In this document: positions 46,423 to 56,834 of the stretch, in pieces
Layout: the number at the start of each line of letters is the position of its first letter
Position numbering within the stretch: position 1 is the first letter of the stretch
DNA from: Methyloceanibacter sp.
GTDB lineage: Bacteria; Pseudomonadota; Alphaproteobacteria; Rhizobiales; Methyloligellaceae
Length of the DNA: 64,000 nt
Direction: 5' to 3'
Assembly: GCA_050728375.1 (NCBI GenBank)
Contig: JBOHJE010000185.1
Span: 3,347 to 67,346, forward strand
Notes under the pieces: model-generated
What the model saw: the letters and a program-made list of their open reading frames with translations, nothing else
What the model was told of the DNA's origin: nothing
The model's database searches: none
Made by a program: the position numbers and the translations under genes

Positions 46423-48063
46423 ATGCGTGGAAGGCCCTTAGTCGCGATCCTCGGTGCGACGGGAACTTGCGTGGTTGCGGCCGCGCTTTCCGTATGGCTC
46501 CTCGTTGGCCAATCGCCTACCACCGAAACGGCGGTTACCAGCGTCGTCATCCCCATTCCCGACAACCCGGCCACGCTTGCCGCGACCGAAGCCCAAGAGG
46601 CGGAGCGCGTCGCGGCGCTGCCGAGTGCAGTCAAGGAGCCGCCTGCGCCTGCCGCGCCCGAGCCGGCTGTAGAAGCGCCTCCGGCGGAGCTGTTCATCTC
46701 GGACGCGATCCGGCAGAAGCTGCAAGACCCCGAGCTCCGTAAGAATGTAGCTCCGGCCGACCTTGCCGCTGTCGAAGCTTTCTATGCGGGGCGGACCGGC
46801 CCCTCGCTATGGCTGACGGGTACCGGCCTCAAGCCTGAGGCACAGCGCGCGATCGAGGAGATCGGAAAGGCCGACGAATGGGGACTCGAGAGCGCCGTCT
46901 TCGCCCCGCCCAATCCGGGCGACGCCCCCTCGACACCCGAGGAACAGGCGGCCACCGAGATCAAGCTCGACCTCGCCATCCTGCAATATGCCCGGTTTGC
47001 GCGCGGCGGCCGCACCAATCCCACATCGCTCAGCAAGGTCATCGACCAGACACCGTCTTTGCGCGATCCGAAGCTCGTGCTGACGGAAATCGCCGTGTCC
47101 AGCGAGCCCGATGCCTATCTCAGGTCGCTACATCCGAAGCACGAGCAGTTCGAGCGCCTGCGACAAGCGCTGATCAAGATTCGCGCCGAGGCCGATCCCG
47201 GCATCGAGCCCAAGGGCGCCAAGCAGGTCCTAATCAACATGGAGCGCTGGCGCTGGATGCCTGACGATCTCGGTGGCACTTACGTCTGGCTCAACGTGCC
47301 CGAGTTCATGGGTTACGTCGTCAAAGACGGCAAGAGGATCCACGCGGATAAGATTGTGGTCGGTAAGCCGGTCTATGCCACGCCCACTTTCTCGGCCAAC
47401 ATGCAGACCATCGTGTTCAACCCGGAATGGACGGTGCCTCCCACCATCGTGCGCGAGGACCTGCTGCCCAAATTGCGGGGCGGCGGGAGCGGGTGGTTCG
47501 GCGGCGGCAACACCGCGATCCTGAAGCAGCACAAGCTGAAGGTGCGCTACAAAGGACGCGAAGTGGATCCCGATAAGATCGACTGGAAGAACGTGAACAT
47601 GGGCGCGATCAGCTTCACCCAGGCGCCGGGGCCGACTAATGTTCTGGGCAAAGTTAAGTTTCTTTATCCGAACAAACACATCGTCTACATGCACGACACC
47701 ATCAAGCGTGATCTCCTAAAGCTTGAGGTTCGTGCAGAGGGCCATCATTGCCCGCGCGTGGCGAATCCCGGGAAGTTCGCCGCGGTGATCCTGGCCCAGG
47801 ACAAGGGCTGGCCGGCGGCCAAGGTCGATGAGCTGATGGCCAAGGGCTACAACAGCGCGGTCGACCTCTCCAAGCCCGTGCCGGTTCACACGACCTATTT
47901 CACCGCGGTGGTCGACGACGAAGGCAAGCTGAGGACCTTCGGCGACGTCTACAAGCTCGATGCCGTCGTCGCCTCGGCAGTTGTCGGGAGGCGCGCAGCG
48001 CCTCCGGCTGTGGCAAATTCGGGCCCGGACAGGGCCGACAGCGTCGCCGACTCGACGCCCTGA
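46423..48063 (+). CDS. YcbB/LdtD-like L,D-transpeptidase (second paralogue)
   Basis: 546 aa from ATG 46423 (GAGGGG RBS). The ORF-track start is TTG 46417. INMERWRWMPDDLGGTYVWLNVPEF...VYMHDT...RAEGHHCPRV is collinear with the 8788..10566 product. Confidence 0.9.
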   Translation: MRGRPLVAILGATGTCVVAAALSVWLLVGQSPTTETAVTSVVIPIPDNPATLAATEAQEAERVAALPSAVKEPPAPAAPEPAVEAPPAELFISDAIRQKLQDPELRKNVAPADLAAVEAFYAGRTGPSLWLTGTGLKPEAQRAIEEIGKADEWGLESAVFAPPNPGDAPSTPEEQAATEIKLDLAILQYARFARGGRTNPTSLSKVIDQTPSLRDPKLVLTEIAVSSEPDAYLRSLHPKHEQFERLRQALIKIRAEADPGIEPKGAKQVLINMERWRWMPDDLGGTYVWLNVPEFMGYVVKDGKRIHADKIVVGKPVYATPTFSANMQTIVFNPEWTVPPTIVREDLLPKLRGGGSGWFGGGNTAILKQHKLKVRYKGREVDPDKIDWKNVNMGAISFTQAPGPTNVLGKVKFLYPNKHIVYMHDTIKRDLLKLEVRAEGHHCPRVANPGKFAAVILAQDKGWPAAKVDELMAKGYNSAVDLSKPVPVHTTYFTAVVDDEGKLRTFGDVYKLDAVVASAVVGRRAAPPAVANSGPDRADSVADSTP

Positions 48064-48213
48064 GCCGAGCATTCTCCCTCCGTGCGCTCTTGGAGCCCGG
48101 CGTCTCCTGCGCCTTCGCGCGGCGTAAAACGCGGTTCATGCACCGTATGCAATAATCATGATGCCGAAAGCCGTGGTTTTGGTTAGGCTTGGGGCCGTTA
48201 GGAGGTCGCGCCC

Positions 48214-48411
48214 ATGCAGTCGCAATTCACCGTCGGAATTACGCTCGAGGGCAGGGGCGACCGCATCGTCGTCAAAGCCGAGGACGCGCTGATCGCGGCG
48301 CTGAAGGTCAAGGCCGAGCGGCCCGACGCGACCATCACCTATGTGCGCCGTCTGAACCGGCGCGGCGATGCGCGCCATCCTCCGCACAGCCTCGGCGAGA
48401 ACGGAAACTAA
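48214..48411 (+). CDS. small hypothetical protein (65 aa)
   Basis: Strong RBS (TTAGGAGG 8 nt before the ATG) and GC3-rich codons. No family recognised. Confidence 0.5.
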   Translation: MQSQFTVGITLEGRGDRIVVKAEDALIAALKVKAERPDATITYVRRLNRRGDARHPPHSLGENGN

Positions 48412-49772
48412 TTGGCGTCAATCTCGTCGCCGGCGCGCGGCGCCTTACGAAACATCGAGACGTAGATCGCGCCACAGCCGAGGAGAAGCCCGCCGGCGAT
48501 GGCAGGAGCCTGCCAGTCGCCCGTCGCGACGCGCACGACGATGAGACTCAAGCAAACAACCGCGCCGAGCGCCGGCACGAATAGTGGGACTTCGAACCGA
48601 CCCTTGGGCTCGCTCTTGCGCTGCTTGAGGACGAATAGCGCCCCGTTCACCACCGTGAACACGGCGAGCAGCATGAGCACGGTCGCCGCGGCGAGTTCGG
48701 CAATCGTGCCGGTGAGCGCGAGCGGCACTAGCACCAGGAAAAGCAGGACAATGGCGATGTGAGGCGTGCGCCTTGAGGCATGCACATTGCCGACCATCTG
48801 CGGCAGCAACCCCTGCCGGCCCATGCCGTAGAGCAGGCGGGAGGCTGTGACGTAATTGACAAGGCCCGTATTGGCGACGGCGAACAGGGTGATGCCCGGG
48901 AACACGACCGGCGGGATGAAGGGCGCCGCGTGGGTCACGACTTCGGTAATGGGGCCAGGGGCTTCGGCCAGGTCCTTCCAGGGAACGACCGAGACGGCCG
49001 TGACCGCGACCCCGATATAGAGAAGTGCGGCGGCAGCCATGGCGAGGATCAGGCCAAGCGGGATCGTGCGTTCAGGCTCGCGCACTTCTTCCGCGACGTT
49101 GTACATGTCCTCGAAGCCGATGAAGGCGAAGAAGGCGAGCACCGCGCCTTGCACCACGAGCAGCCAGGCATGCTCGCCGACAAGCTCGGCCGGCGTCTCG
49201 AAATAGTCGACCGAGCCCCAGAACGACATGCCGACCGCTATAACGAGGATTAGACCTCCCGCCTCGACCAACGTGCAGAGCACGTTCACCCATATCGATT
49301 CCCGGATGCCGCGGAAGACGATCCCCGTCATAACTAAAAGAAAGCCGAGCGCGAGACTCCACATGGGGATGTTTTCCAGGCCGAACAGCTCGACCAGATT
49401 TGCTGCGAACACCCGCGATTGCGTGGCGATGGAGGTGAGCCCCGAGCACACGAGAGCCATTCCCACGATGAAGCTGAGAAGCGGGAAGCCGTAGGCGCAT
49501 TGGGTGACATAGGCGGCCCCGGCGGCGCGAGGATAGCGCGAGCCGAGCGAGGCATAGGAGAGGGCGGTCAAGAGCGCCGCGACCAGCGCGACGAGGAAGG
49601 CAAGCCACACGGCGTTACCGACCTGGCCCGCGGCCTTACCTATCAGCCCATAGATACCGGCGCCCAGCATGCTACCGAGCCCGTACAGGGCCATCTGCGT
49701 CGGCCCGATCGAGCGGTGCAGCTTCGGCTCCCCGCCAGAGTCCGACGGAGGATCGTCCCTCGCATCCCTCAT
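48408..49772 (-). CDS. APC-family amino acid permease
   Basis: 454 aa with 12 predicted helices. LHRSIGPTQMALYGLGSMLGAGIYGLIGKAAG is a typical APC N-terminal motif. Confidence 0.88.
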   Translation of the reverse strand: MRDARDDPPSDSGGEPKLHRSIGPTQMALYGLGSMLGAGIYGLIGKAAGQVGNAVWLAFLVALVAALLTALSYASLGSRYPRAAGAAYVTQCAYGFPLLSFIVGMALVCSGLTSIATQSRVFAANLVELFGLENIPMWSLALGFLLVMTGIVFRGIRESIWVNVLCTLVEAGGLILVIAVGMSFWGSVDYFETPAELVGEHAWLLVVQGAVLAFFAFIGFEDMYNVAEEVREPERTIPLGLILAMAAAALLYIGVAVTAVSVVPWKDLAEAPGPITEVVTHAAPFIPPVVFPGITLFAVANTGLVNYVTASRLLYGMGRQGLLPQMVGNVHASRRTPHIAIVLLFLVLVPLALTGTIAELAAATVLMLLAVFTVVNGALFVLKQRKSEPKGRFEVPLFVPALGAVVCLSLIVVRVATGDWQAPAIAGGLLLGCGAIYVSMFRKAPRAGDEIDAN

Positions 49773-49987
49773 CGGCGGTCACTACCACGTGATGGACAAG
49801 ATGCCTACCGTTGCCGAATCGTAAGTTGTGCAAGACAAAGACTTCCGGCATCTCGCCGGATCACCGAGACTGCTGCCTGAAGGATTTCGTCAAGAAGTGC
49901 CCATCGAAGGGCGAGCCCGGCTGTCAGGGTCATATCGAGGAAAATCGAGGCTTTGGACTACCAGACGGCTAGACGGATGGATCGCTC

Positions 49988-50749
49988 TTAGCTCTTCAGC
50001 CGGTAGCCTGTCTTGAAGATCCACCACACGATCACGAGGCAGGCGGCGAGGAATAGCGCGATCATGGCGAGACTCACGCCTACGCCCACATCCGCAACCT
50101 CATAGAAGCTCCAGCGGAATCCGCTGACGAGGTAGACGACAGGATTGAACAGTGTGACGGTCTGCCAGAACGGCGGCAGGACATTGATCGAGTAGAACGT
50201 GCCACCGAGGAATGTCAGCGGCGTGATGATCAGCAACGGCACGAGTTGGAGCTTCTCGAAGCCGTCCGCCCAGATGCCGATGATGAAGCCGAGCATGCTG
50301 AAGGTCACCCCCGTCAGCACTAAGAAGGCAATCATCCAGAACGGATGGGCGATCTGAAGCGGCACGAACAGCGCCGCCGTGACGAGGATGATCAAGCCGA
50401 GAATGATGGATTTGGTCGCCGCCGCGCCGACATAGCCGAGAACGACCTCGAAGGGGGAGAGCGGCGCCGAGAGAAGCTCATAGATCGTGCCGGTGAAGCG
50501 CGGGAAGTAGATGCCGAACGAAGCATTGGCTACGCTCTGCGTGAGCAGCGTTAGCATGATGAGACCCGGCACGATGAAGGCGCCGTAGCTCACGCCTTCG
50601 ATCTCCGTGATGCGCGAGCCGATCGCCGCGCCGAACACCACGAAATAGAGCGAGGTCGCGATCACCGGCGAGACGATGCTTTGCAGGAACGTGCGTCCCC
50701 AGCGTGCCATCTCGAATTTGTAGATTGCCCTGACCGCAGGAAAATTCAT
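49988..50749 (-). CDS. ABC-2 type transporter permease
   Basis: 253 aa with six helices. [23 protein letters not shown]... (YadH-like). A 4-nt overlap with the upstream ATPase gene indicates coupling. Confidence 0.85.
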   Translation of the reverse strand: MNFPAVRAIYKFEMARWGRTFLQSIVSPVIATSLYFVVFGAAIGSRITEIEGVSYGAFIVPGLIMLTLLTQSVANASFGIYFPRFTGTIYELLSAPLSPFEVVLGYVGAAATKSIILGLIILVTAALFVPLQIAHPFWMIAFLVLTGVTFSMLGFIIGIWADGFEKLQLVPLLIITPLTFLGGTFYSINVLPPFWQTVTLFNPVVYLVSGFRWSFYEVADVGVGVSLAMIALFLAACLVIVWWIFKTGYRLKS

Positions 50750-51672
50750 CGCCCGCGTCTCACGAGATCGACGAAGATGTCCTCGAGCGAGCTCTGGCTC
50801 GTGTCGAGGTCCTTGAACCTGATGCCTGCCTCGGACAGGTCCGAAAGCAGCCCGGTGATTCCCGTGCGCGGCCCCTGACTGTCATAGGTGTAGAGTAGCT
50901 CGCTGCCGCCATTAGCGAGCGTCAAATGATGCCCATCGAGCTCGGGCGGTATGGTGTCGATCGCGTCATGCAGTTGAAGCGTCAATTGCTTCTGGCCAAG
51001 CTTGTGCATCAACTCGGCCTTTTCCTCGACGAGGATAAGCTCGCCATGATTGATGACGCCGATGCGGTCGGCCATGTCCTCCGCTTCGTGGATGTAATGT
51101 GTTGTGAGGATGATGGTCACGCCGGAGTCGCGAAGTGAACGGACCACCTGCCACATGTCCTGTCGCAATTCGACGTCGACGCCGGCGGTTGGTTCGTCGA
51201 GAAAGAGAACGGTTGGCTGGTGTGACAGCGCCTTGGCGATCAAGACGCGCCGCTTCATGCCCCCTGACAGCGTCATCAATTTGTCGTTCCTCTTGTCCCA
51301 GAGCGTCAGGTCCTTGAGCAGCTTCTCGATATAGGCCGGGTCTTCCCACTTGCCCCAAAGCCCGCGGCTGAACAAGACCGTGGACCACACCGATTCGAAC
51401 ATGTCGGCCGTCAGTTCCTGAGGCACGAGGCCGATCATCGAGCGGGCCGCTCGGTAGTCGGCGACGACGTCGTGGCCGTCGACGGTCACCGAGCCCGTGG
51501 AGGCGGTGACGATGCCGCAGATGATGCTGATCAGAGTGGTCTTGCCAGCGCCATTCGGCCCAAGCAGTGCAAAGATCTCGCCTTTCCGGATGTCGAGATC
51601 GATGTTCCTGAGCGCCCGGAATCCCGTCTTGTAGGTCTTCGACAGGTTCTTGACCGAGATGATTGGCGGCAT
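50746..51672 (-). CDS. ABC transporter ATP-binding protein
   Basis: Walker [10 protein letters not shown], signature LSGGMKRR, Walker [10 protein letters not shown] prefer ATG 51672 ([14 protein letters not shown]). Confidence 0.92.
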   Translation of the reverse strand: MPPIISVKNLSKTYKTGFRALRNIDLDIRKGEIFALLGPNGAGKTTLISIICGIVTASTGSVTVDGHDVVADYRAARSMIGLVPQELTADMFESVWSTVLFSRGLWGKWEDPAYIEKLLKDLTLWDKRNDKLMTLSGGMKRRVLIAKALSHQPTVLFLDEPTAGVDVELRQDMWQVVRSLRDSGVTIILTTHYIHEAEDMADRIGVINHGELILVEEKAELMHKLGQKQLTLQLHDAIDTIPPELDGHHLTLANGGSELLYTYDSQGPRTGITGLLSDLSEAGIRFKDLDTSQSSLEDIFVDLVRRGR

Positions 51673-51762
51673 GGCATGGCGTCGCGAAAAGGCAGGGACA
51701 AGAGGGATTGAGGGGGTCTTCAATCGGCTGCCAGTACGGCAACAATAGGGAGCGCCCCGAAC

Positions 51763-52170
51763 TCATTCGGAGGCGCTTTCTAGCCCAAATTGATCCCCCA
51801 CGCTCGGCTGAATCACCTTGGCGTGAAGCATGAGCAGCACGAGCTTGGCATCGAGGCTGTTCCCCGCCTCGAGCGCTGCCTCGATCCGCTCCCCCACGGC
51901 CGAGACGAGGCGGTCTCCGTTCGCCCCCCCAAAGCCTTCAGTCCCGAGTATGCAGAAAGCGATGAGTTCCGCCGCCGATTGGTAAGCCTGCGGCGTCGGA
52001 TCCCTGTCTCCGGCTTCCTCCATGAGGAGCTTGACCGCCGTGAGCTTGACCGCCTCGGGCACGAGATTTGGATGGAGGTCGGCCGCCCGCAGAGCCTTGT
52101 CGAGCTCGCGCAATTCCGGCGAGCGCCCGAATAGGCCGAAGAAGCCGAGTGAGAGTCCGCGCGGCGCCAT
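51763..52170 (-). CDS. hypothetical protein
   Basis: 135-aa GC3-rich ORF. No family recognised. Confidence 0.45.
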   Translation of the reverse strand: MAPRGLSLGFFGLFGRSPELRELDKALRAADLHPNLVPEAVKLTAVKLLMEEAGDRDPTPQAYQSAAELIAFCILGTEGFGGANGDRLVSAVGERIEAALEAGNSLDAKLVLLMLHAKVIQPSVGDQFGLESASE

Positions 52171-52195
52171 GAGCCGATCTTAGCAGGATCCCGCC

Positions 52196-53374
52196 TCAGC
52201 TTCGCGGCGCGCCCGTAAGCCGTAGGATCTTGCCGTTGCCAGCGTCGGTCAGGGCGTAGAGCGCGCCGTCAGGACCTTGCACCACATCGCGGATGCGTGC
52301 GCCCAAGGGGATGCGTTCCTCGCCTGTCACCTTCTCCCCGTTCAGCGTGAGCCGCACGATGCCCTGCGAGGACAGGCCGCCGATCAGGAGGTTGCCCTTC
52401 CAGCCCGGTAACGAATCTGCCGCGTAGAAGGTAATGCCGGAGGGAGAAATCACTGGCGTCCAGTGCTTGATGGCGTCGGCAAGCTCGGGATGCGTCGGCG
52501 GCTTCGGAATGCCCTTGCCGTCGTAATGCTTGCCCCAGCTCACCAAGGGCCAGCCGTAATTCGCACCGGCGGCGGGAATGTTCAGCTCATCGCCGCCGAG
52601 CGGGCCGAACTCGGTTTCCCACAATTTGCCCGTCTCCGGATGGATGGCGATGCCTTGAGGATTGCGATGTCCGTAGGACCAGATCTCGGGCTGCGCGTCC
52701 TTCTGCCCTATGAAGGGATTGTCCTCCGGCACGGAACCGTCTGGGTTGATGCGCACGATCTTGCCGAGGTGACCCGCAAGGTCCTGCGCGGGATCGAACT
52801 TGAAGCGCTCGCCAAGCGTGACGAACAGCTTGCCGTCCTTGGTGAAGGCGAGCCGCCCGCCGAAATGATTGCCGCCGTCGACCTTCGGCTGCTGACGGAA
52901 GATGACTTGCACGTCATCGAGGCCGGCTTCGTCGAGCTTGCCGCGCGCCACCGCCGTTCCGGCGCCGCCTTCGCCCGGCTCGGCATAGGAGAGATAGACG
53001 AGGCCGTTCGACTCGAACCCGGGATCGAGAGCCACGTCGAGCAGACCGCCCTGACTCTCGGCGACCACTTTGGGCACGCCCTTGAGGGGATCCGACTTCG
53101 TGCCATCCTTGGTCACGATGCGAAGTTGCCCCGATCTCTGGGTGACGAGCATGCGCTCATCGGACAGAAAGGCGAGGCCCCAAGGACGGTCTAGTCCATC
53201 TGCGACGGTTTCGACCTTGATCTTGCCCGCCTCGGTTTCGATCACCGCATCCTCCGCAAGACCGGGCATCGGCGTAAGAAGCGCCGCGGCAATCGCCGTT
53301 CCGCATGCGGCGCGCCACACCATCGCGACAACCTGGCCTCGGAGCGCCAACATGTTACGGATTCTGTTACGCAT
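52196..53374 (-). CDS. PQQ-dependent sugar dehydrogenase (soluble aldose dehydrogenase, YliI-like)
   Basis: Signal peptide, then GLDRPWGLAFLSDERMLVTQRSGQLRIV...SYGHRNPQGIAIHPETGKLWETEFGPLGGDELN...GANYGWP. ATG 53374 follows GAGGAG. Confidence 0.9.
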   Translation of the reverse strand: MRNRIRNMLALRGQVVAMVWRAACGTAIAAALLTPMPGLAEDAVIETEAGKIKVETVADGLDRPWGLAFLSDERMLVTQRSGQLRIVTKDGTKSDPLKGVPKVVAESQGGLLDVALDPGFESNGLVYLSYAEPGEGGAGTAVARGKLDEAGLDDVQVIFRQQPKVDGGNHFGGRLAFTKDGKLFVTLGERFKFDPAQDLAGHLGKIVRINPDGSVPEDNPFIGQKDAQPEIWSYGHRNPQGIAIHPETGKLWETEFGPLGGDELNIPAAGANYGWPLVSWGKHYDGKGIPKPPTHPELADAIKHWTPVISPSGITFYAADSLPGWKGNLLIGGLSSQGIVRLTLNGEKVTGEERIPLGARIRDVVQGPDGALYALTDAGNGKILRLTGAPRS

Positions 53375-53601
53375 GCTGGTCTCCTCGAGGATGGGTCGCA
53401 TGTAGCGAGAACGCGGATGCTGCGTGGGAAGTTCGGCCATGTCGCTGACGTTCGGTTTCTTAATTCTGGCGCCAGTGGTCAAACGCGCCACCGAGATTGT
53501 GGGAGCTTATTACCTTATCAAACCCCTGCGCCAAATCGACATTTACCAATTGCCTCACGAACGCGCGTGCGTCTTTTTGACGAGCGACCGAGCAATATAT
53601 T

Positions 53602-54612
53602 TTAGCCGCGACCCGGCTTCACCCTTAAGCCCGGGGCTGGTCGCTCGAGCACGACCTCGCGGCGAAAGCGGTAAAGTCTCGCGGGGCGCCCGCCGGTCTC
53701 GGTCGAGACATTGCCCGTGGGCTCCACGAGACCGCCTTTCTCGACGAGCCTGCGGAAGTTCTGTTTGTGCAGCAGCGTGCCCGAGATCGCCTCGACGGTC
53801 TTCTGCAAGTCGTAAAGCGTGAAATCGGGCGGCAGCAACTCGAACACGACTGGGCGGTATTTTAGCTTGCCGCGAAGTCTCCCCATCGCGGTCGCCAGGA
53901 TGCGGCGGTGATCGAACACCATGGGCCTGCCGACCTCGGGGAGCTCGGACCATTGGCTCGCCGCGGCGCGCCCGTCGCGCCTCGCTTCTTCCACCAGCCC
54001 TGCTTCGTAGAGGAGCTCGTAACGCTCGAGCACCTTCTCCTCGTCCCAGCCGCCGCCGATGCCGAAGCCGATCTTCAAGCGCTCGGCACGGCGCAAGGGG
54101 CGCACCGGCTCCTCGGGTGAGGGCCGTCGCTCTGCCCAACTCTTCAGGCGCGGCTCGATCTCATTGCTAAGAATCTCAGGCTTGCCGTCACGCCAATCCT
54201 CCCAGGGGAAGTAGGCATACCAGGGCGACCAGTGAGCGCCCATCATGTCCTCGGCCGCGCCGCGGCTGAGAGCCAGGTAGCCCACCGAGAGCATGTGAGC
54301 GCCGCCCGGTTCGGCGTGCCGTCCGCGGTCGCCGAAGGTATAGAGCTGTTCGACATAGCCGAGCTCGATTCCGGTCTGCCGCTTGACCCATTCGCGCAAA
54401 CCGATCTCGAGCGTGCGATGCGCGCGCGGCGCGAACGGGCCGAAGGGTAGAGCGTCCCACGCGCCGGATCCCACCGTGCCGGGCCGCACCACGAGGATGT
54501 GCGGCTGCTGCTCCCGCACCATGACGATGGCGGCGTTGAGCCCAAGCTCGATTTGGGGGTTCTGGTTCGAACTGTTCTCCGCGACCCACGCCTTGCGCCC
54601 GGCTTCGGCCAT
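53602..54612 (-). CDS. nadQ: NadQ-type NAD biosynthesis regulator (Nudix-like N-domain plus C-terminal winged helix, COG4111)
   Basis: 336 aa. IELGLNAAIVMVREQQPHILVV...DALPFGPF...LEIGLREWVKRQTGIELGYVEQLYTFGDRGR (Nudix-like fold without a full Nudix box). The C-terminal FTLYDLQKTVEAISGTLLHKQNFRRLVEKGGLVEPTG...GGRPARLYRF is a wHTH. Confidence 0.75.
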   Translation of the reverse strand: MAEAGRKAWVAENSSNQNPQIELGLNAAIVMVREQQPHILVVRPGTVGSGAWDALPFGPFAPRAHRTLEIGLREWVKRQTGIELGYVEQLYTFGDRGRHAEPGGAHMLSVGYLALSRGAAEDMMGAHWSPWYAYFPWEDWRDGKPEILSNEIEPRLKSWAERRPSPEEPVRPLRRAERLKIGFGIGGGWDEEKVLERYELLYEAGLVEEARRDGRAAASQWSELPEVGRPMVFDHRRILATAMGRLRGKLKYRPVVFELLPPDFTLYDLQKTVEAISGTLLHKQNFRRLVEKGGLVEPTGNVSTETGGRPARLYRFRREVVLERPAPGLRVKPGRG

Positions 54613-54615
54613 GGC

Positions 54616-55191
54616 TCAAGCGGCGAGCAGGGCCGGCAAACTGAAGACTTTAGCTTCTTCGGCGAACTCGCCGCGGCCGATCTCCTCGACGGCTTCCATC
54701 ATGCGACCTTTGCGGGCGAGCGCCTCATCGGCAAGCGCGACGAGCCGGCGATTGGGATAGGCCGTGGGCGAGGCGCGGCGCAGCGCCCAGGCAAGCTCGG
54801 CCTCCTCGGCCCGCGGGTTGAGCGCGCAAAGCGAGATGAAGGCCGCGGCCGTGGAGCGGCTGATGCCGGCCCAGCAATGGATCAGAAGCGGCGCCTTGCG
54901 GTCCCAGTCGAGCGCAAATTTGACGAGGTCGGAGACATGGTCCTCGCAGGGCTGCACCAGACCCGGCTGCGGGTCGCAAATATCGTTCATGCAAAGCTTG
55001 AGGTGTCGGTCCGGGCCGATGCTGGGCGGCGTATCGATCAGGGTGTCGCCGTTGATCAGGGTCACCAGATGGCTGACCCGGGCATCGAGAACCGTGGCCT
55101 GGACCAGGCTCAAGGGGGCGACATAGATGGTTTCCGGGGTCATGGCGCCCGGCACTCCAGTCTCTTCCACCCCCGAAATCAGCGTATCCAT
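54616..55191 (-). CDS. tyrosine/dual-specificity phosphatase-family protein
   Basis: CX5R active-site loop HCWAGISRST. About 175-190 aa (alternative start MTPETIYV at 55140). Its stop lies 3 nt before the nadQ start. Confidence 0.75.
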   Translation of the reverse strand: MDTLISGVEETGVPGAMTPETIYVAPLSLVQATVLDARVSHLVTLINGDTLIDTPPSIGPDRHLKLCMNDICDPQPGLVQPCEDHVSDLVKFALDWDRKAPLLIHCWAGISRSTAAAFISLCALNPRAEEAELAWALRRASPTAYPNRRLVALADEALARKGRMMEAVEEIGRGEFAEEAKVFSLPALLAA

Positions 55192-55229
55192 GTCCTGACC
55201 CTACGAATCGGTTAGCCGTGACCCGCATC

Positions 55230-55862
55230 TCATCTGGCGAGTTTATTGAAACGTTTCAAGAAGCTCGCTTCACCTTGTTCGGCGGGAAGCGGGTTTAACT
55301 TCGATAGCTGGGCGACAAGGGAGGGGCTCAAGCCCCGCGGTTGGCCGAAGAATTGCCGTGCCTCGGCGCGGGAAAAGCCGGCGAGCCCGACCGCCTCGTA
55401 ATAGGCCGCGATCTGATCGGCGCGTTTGATCAGCTTCGTGACGGCCTCGGGCAGTTCGGGGGACAGGCCGAAGCGGAGGTGAATGGCGGCAAGGAGCCGC
55501 GCCTCGAACGCTCGATAGTCGAGCGACAGCGCCGCCTTGAACGGGCTAATCAGATCGCCGATGACATATTCCGGCGCGTCATGAATAAGGGCCGCGAGCC
55601 GGAACTGCGGCGTGAGCGTCCCCTCGAGATCGCCCGCAATGCTCTCGACGAGCAGGCTGTGCTGCGCCACCGAGAACGCATGCTCGCCGTCGGTCTGACC
55701 GTTCCAGCGCGCCACCCGGGCAAGGCCGTGAGCAATGTCCTCGATTTCGACATCGAGAGGCGACGGATCGAGCAAGTCGAGCCGCCGTCCGCTCAGCATG
55801 CGCTGCCAGGCGCGGAGATGAGTGTTGGCAGCGTCGCCGTGCATTTTTCGTCTGGTCCTCAT
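55230..55862 (-). CDS. HD-domain phosphohydrolase (YfbR-like)
   Basis: IEDIAHGLARVARWNGQT...FSVAQHSLLV...LAALIHDAPEYVIGDLISPFK. The start is ATG 55862 or 55844. Confidence 0.8.
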   Translation of the reverse strand: MRTRRKMHGDAANTHLRAWQRMLSGRRLDLLDPSPLDVEIEDIAHGLARVARWNGQTDGEHAFSVAQHSLLVESIAGDLEGTLTPQFRLAALIHDAPEYVIGDLISPFKAALSLDYRAFEARLLAAIHLRFGLSPELPEAVTKLIKRADQIAAYYEAVGLAGFSRAEARQFFGQPRGLSPSLVAQLSKLNPLPAEQGEASFLKRFNKLAR

Positions 55863-56007
55863 TGAACGCTCGTGGAGCGCGTGCCTCAAGCGGAAACTCT
55901 CACAATCCGCGTCAGGAAAAGCGTGGACGAAAAGCTCTGCGAATGGCATTCATGGCCGGTTCTCGTTGAGTACAGGCAACCTCAATCAGAGAGTCGGGAG
56001 ACGTACA

Positions 56008-56247
56008 ATGGCAAGACTGCCCAGATATTCGCTCACGCACAACGACAAGTCGAAGAAATGGGAGTTGGCGCGTGAGGGGTCGGGAGAAGTCATCAAGCGT
56101 TTTGCTACCAAGGCGGCGGCGACAAAGGGCGGCGTCCTCGAGAAAGCAGTGCACGGCATGGGGTCGGTCCGCATCAGAAAGCGGAACGGCAAGATCCAGG
56201 AAGAGCGCACTTATCCACGCAGGATGGATCCGCGCGGCCGGGGCTAA
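56008..56247 (+). CDS. DUF2188-like small protein
   Basis: MARLPRYSLTHNDKSKKWELAREGSGEVIKRFATKAAATKGGVLEKAV...GSVRIRKRNGKIQEERTYP. A GGGAG RBS is present. Confidence 0.6.
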   Translation: MARLPRYSLTHNDKSKKWELAREGSGEVIKRFATKAAATKGGVLEKAVHGMGSVRIRKRNGKIQEERTYPRRMDPRGRG

Positions 56248-56834
56248 TCCGCCGCTAGCTTCGCGCAGGCGGCGTGGCGAGGGCAGCCCGTCAGATGGTC
56301 GTTGACCATGCCCGTTGCCTGCATGAAGGCGTAGACGATGGTGGGGCCGCAGAATTTGAATCCGCGCGATTTCAGTTCTTTGGAGATCGCGCGTGACAGT
56401 TCCGTCTCGGTGGGAATCTGGATGATCGACTTGTAGCGCTTGTCGATCGGCTTGCCGTCGACGAACGCCCACAAGAACTCCGAGAAGTCCGGGCCGCTCT
56501 CCATCATCTCGAGCCAGGCACGCGCCGAAAGAACCGCGCCCTCAATCTTCGTGCGGTTGCGCACGATGCCCTCGTCCTGCATCAGGCCTGCTACCTTCTT
56601 CGGCGTATAGCGCGCGATCTTCTCTGGCTTGAAGCCATCGAAGGCGCGCCGGAAGGCCTCCCGCTTGCGTAGGATGGTGATCCAGGAAAGCCCAGCCTGG
56701 AACCCGTCCAGCACCAGCTTCTCGTAGAGCGCGCGATCGTCTCGCTCGGGCACGCCCCATTCCTCGTCGTGATAGGCGACGTAGAGCGGGTCGGTGCCCG
56801 GCCACGGACAGCGCTTAATCTCCAGCTTGCTCAT
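56244..56834 (-). CDS. tag: DNA-3-methyladenine glycosylase I
   Basis: RCPWPGTDPLYVAYHDEEWGVPERDDRALYEKLVLDGFQAGLSWITILRKREAFRRAF...CGPTIVYAFMQATGMVNDH. Confidence 0.95.
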   Translation of the reverse strand: MSKLEIKRCPWPGTDPLYVAYHDEEWGVPERDDRALYEKLVLDGFQAGLSWITILRKREAFRRAFDGFKPEKIARYTPKKVAGLMQDEGIVRNRTKIEGAVLSARAWLEMMESGPDFSEFLWAFVDGKPIDKRYKSIIQIPTETELSRAISKELKSRGFKFCGPTIVYAFMQATGMVNDHLTGCPRHAACAKLAAD

